Origin: a virus
Taxonomy: Duplodnaviria; Caudoviricetes
Strand: one strand, 5' to 3'
Length of the DNA: 64,000 bases
Virus record (IMG/VR): IMGVR_UViG_3300020049_002269
Location: 2,188 to 66,187 of that record
In this document: piece by piece, positions 63,074 through 64,000 of the stretch
How positions within the stretch are numbered: the stretch's first letter is position 1
Layout: each line of letters starts with the position of its first letter
Translations under genes and position numbers: made by a program
Notes under the pieces: model-generated
The model's input: the letters and a program-made list of their open reading frames with translations, nothing else
What the model was told of the DNA's origin: nothing
The model's database searches: none

Positions 63074-63555
63074 GCAAACGCAAACGCTACCGCCCCAAGC
63101 CCGTCAACCCGAGCGTGCTGGCATTGGCGAGCATCGGCCAGTCAAAGCTGATGCCAGAGGATCAAGAGGCCCGCATTGCACCGCCTCGCCTTGCGCTTGA
63201 GCAGATCACCAAAGGGCAGGCATCACAAGCCGACTGGCAGGCGATATTTGATGTGATCAACATGCTGGATCGTTTTGTGAAAATGCCCACCGTGATGCGA
63301 CACGGTAAGGACTACCTGAACACCGTGCAGGGCGTTCTCGTGGCGATTCTTGACAGGCAGAAAGCAACAGGCACAAAGGCGATCTATCCTGGAGAGCTGG
63401 AAGACATTCGCGGATTGGTTGATCTTTGGTCTGAGCTTCTCGCCACCGTCACGCACCGTGAATACTCGCTTGCCGAGGATCGCGCACATGCTCGGCTTGT
63501 GTCTGTGCTGCGCGCAAGAAAGCCAGTGCCTGGCGTGATCGTGTGTGAGGCGTAA
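63070..63555 (+). CDS. Hypothetical helical protein
   Basis: Same apparent family as 17313-17747. Confidence 0.6.
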   Translation: MSKRKRYRPKPVNPSVLALASIGQSKLMPEDQEARIAPPRLALEQITKGQASQADWQAIFDVINMLDRFVKMPTVMRHGKDYLNTVQGVLVAILDRQKATGTKAIYPGELEDIRGLVDLWSELLATVTHREYSLAEDRAHARLVSVLRARKPVPGVIVCEA

Positions 63556-63642
63556 TCCCGACTGATCCGTGTGGGCTTTGCTTGCGTGCACTAGCGGTAG
63601 TGTTAAGATCACTACATCGACAACGCAAACGGAGAACGCAAG

Positions 63643-63867
63643 ATGACCACCACCAACACACGCCGCCTGCATCTGCGCGACACGAAGACGGGCAACGCAA
63701 CGTGCGCAGGTCGCCGCACCGGATACGGGCGCGAATACATCGTCGCCAAGTATTCCGAATTCGCAGTTTCCCCGACGGAAGCCCGCTGCGAGAAGTGCAC
63801 CAGCGGCAAACTGTTCGCTTTCCTGGAGCAACAGACCGCGAAAGCTCTGATCGGCGCCGCCGTCTGA
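63643..63867 (+). CDS. Hypothetical protein (74 aa)
   Basis: GGAG RBS within the conserved leader; C...C..C motif. Confidence 0.6.
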   Translation: MTTTNTRRLHLRDTKTGNATCAGRRTGYGREYIVAKYSEFAVSPTEARCEKCTSGKLFAFLEQQTAKALIGAAV

Positions 63868-63879
63868 ACTGAACACCAT

Positions 63880-64000
63880 GGCTTCGGCCCGCCCACCCCT
63901 CACATGACCACAGATGCCCCCAAGCCGATGACGAACGCGGAACGACAGCGCGCTTTCCGCGCCCGCAAAGCAGCACAAACAGCAGCCGAGGTGCGCGGCG
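63880..64000 (+). repeat. Direct repeat copy 2, containing the 5' part of a second copy of the MTNAERQR gene (ATG 63904); runs off the edge
   Basis: 120/121 identical to 20948-21068. Confidence 0.95.

Larger units (their letters stand above)
20948..63879. mobile_element. Apparently complete 42.9-kb myovirus-like genome unit (Bcep781/OP2-like structural module)
   Basis: Full packaging, head, neck, contractile tail, baseplate, lysis and replication sets between the direct repeats; no integrase. Confidence 0.8.

Noticed and set aside
1-64000. intI or any phage integrase
   Set aside because: No ORF in the track shows tyrosine-recombinase (R...HxxR...Y) or serine-recombinase features

Overview
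The window is entirely phage DNA and appears to contain two unrelated tailed-phage genomes joined end to end. Segment 1 (1 to about 20.9 kb, strongly GC3-biased) is a BPP-1/APSE-like podovirus. Its leftward arm carries capsid, scaffold, portal, terminase and primase genes. Its rightward arm carries DUF2800, DUF2815 SSB, a family A DNA polymerase, VRR-NUC and an SNF2 helicase. Segment 2 is a 42,932-bp unit bounded by a 121-bp direct repeat (20948-21068 and 63880-64000, one mismatch). It looks like a complete contractile-tailed phage: terminase, DUF1073-type portal, DUF2184-type capsid, sheath/tube, baseplate, tailspike, amidase/spanins, primase, YqaJ, helicase, an ibrB-X-ibrA module and MazG. 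No integrase is visible in either segment. The main discovery is at 20.56-22.81 kb: an integron-like cassette array inside the phage early region. It has five complete attC sites whose recombinogenic bottom strand is the + strand, so every cassette ORF is inverted relative to the usual integron layout and co-oriented with phage transcription. An attI-like core site sits at the head of the array, and no intI is present. One attC arm also encodes a lipoprotein signal peptide. Other notable items are a C4/CI-like antisense-RNA switch upstream of the primase, a tRNA-like RNA with an enlarged anticodon loop, other structured intergenic RNAs and a multi-operator regulon. Protein family names come from motif recognition and recall, not from database searches.
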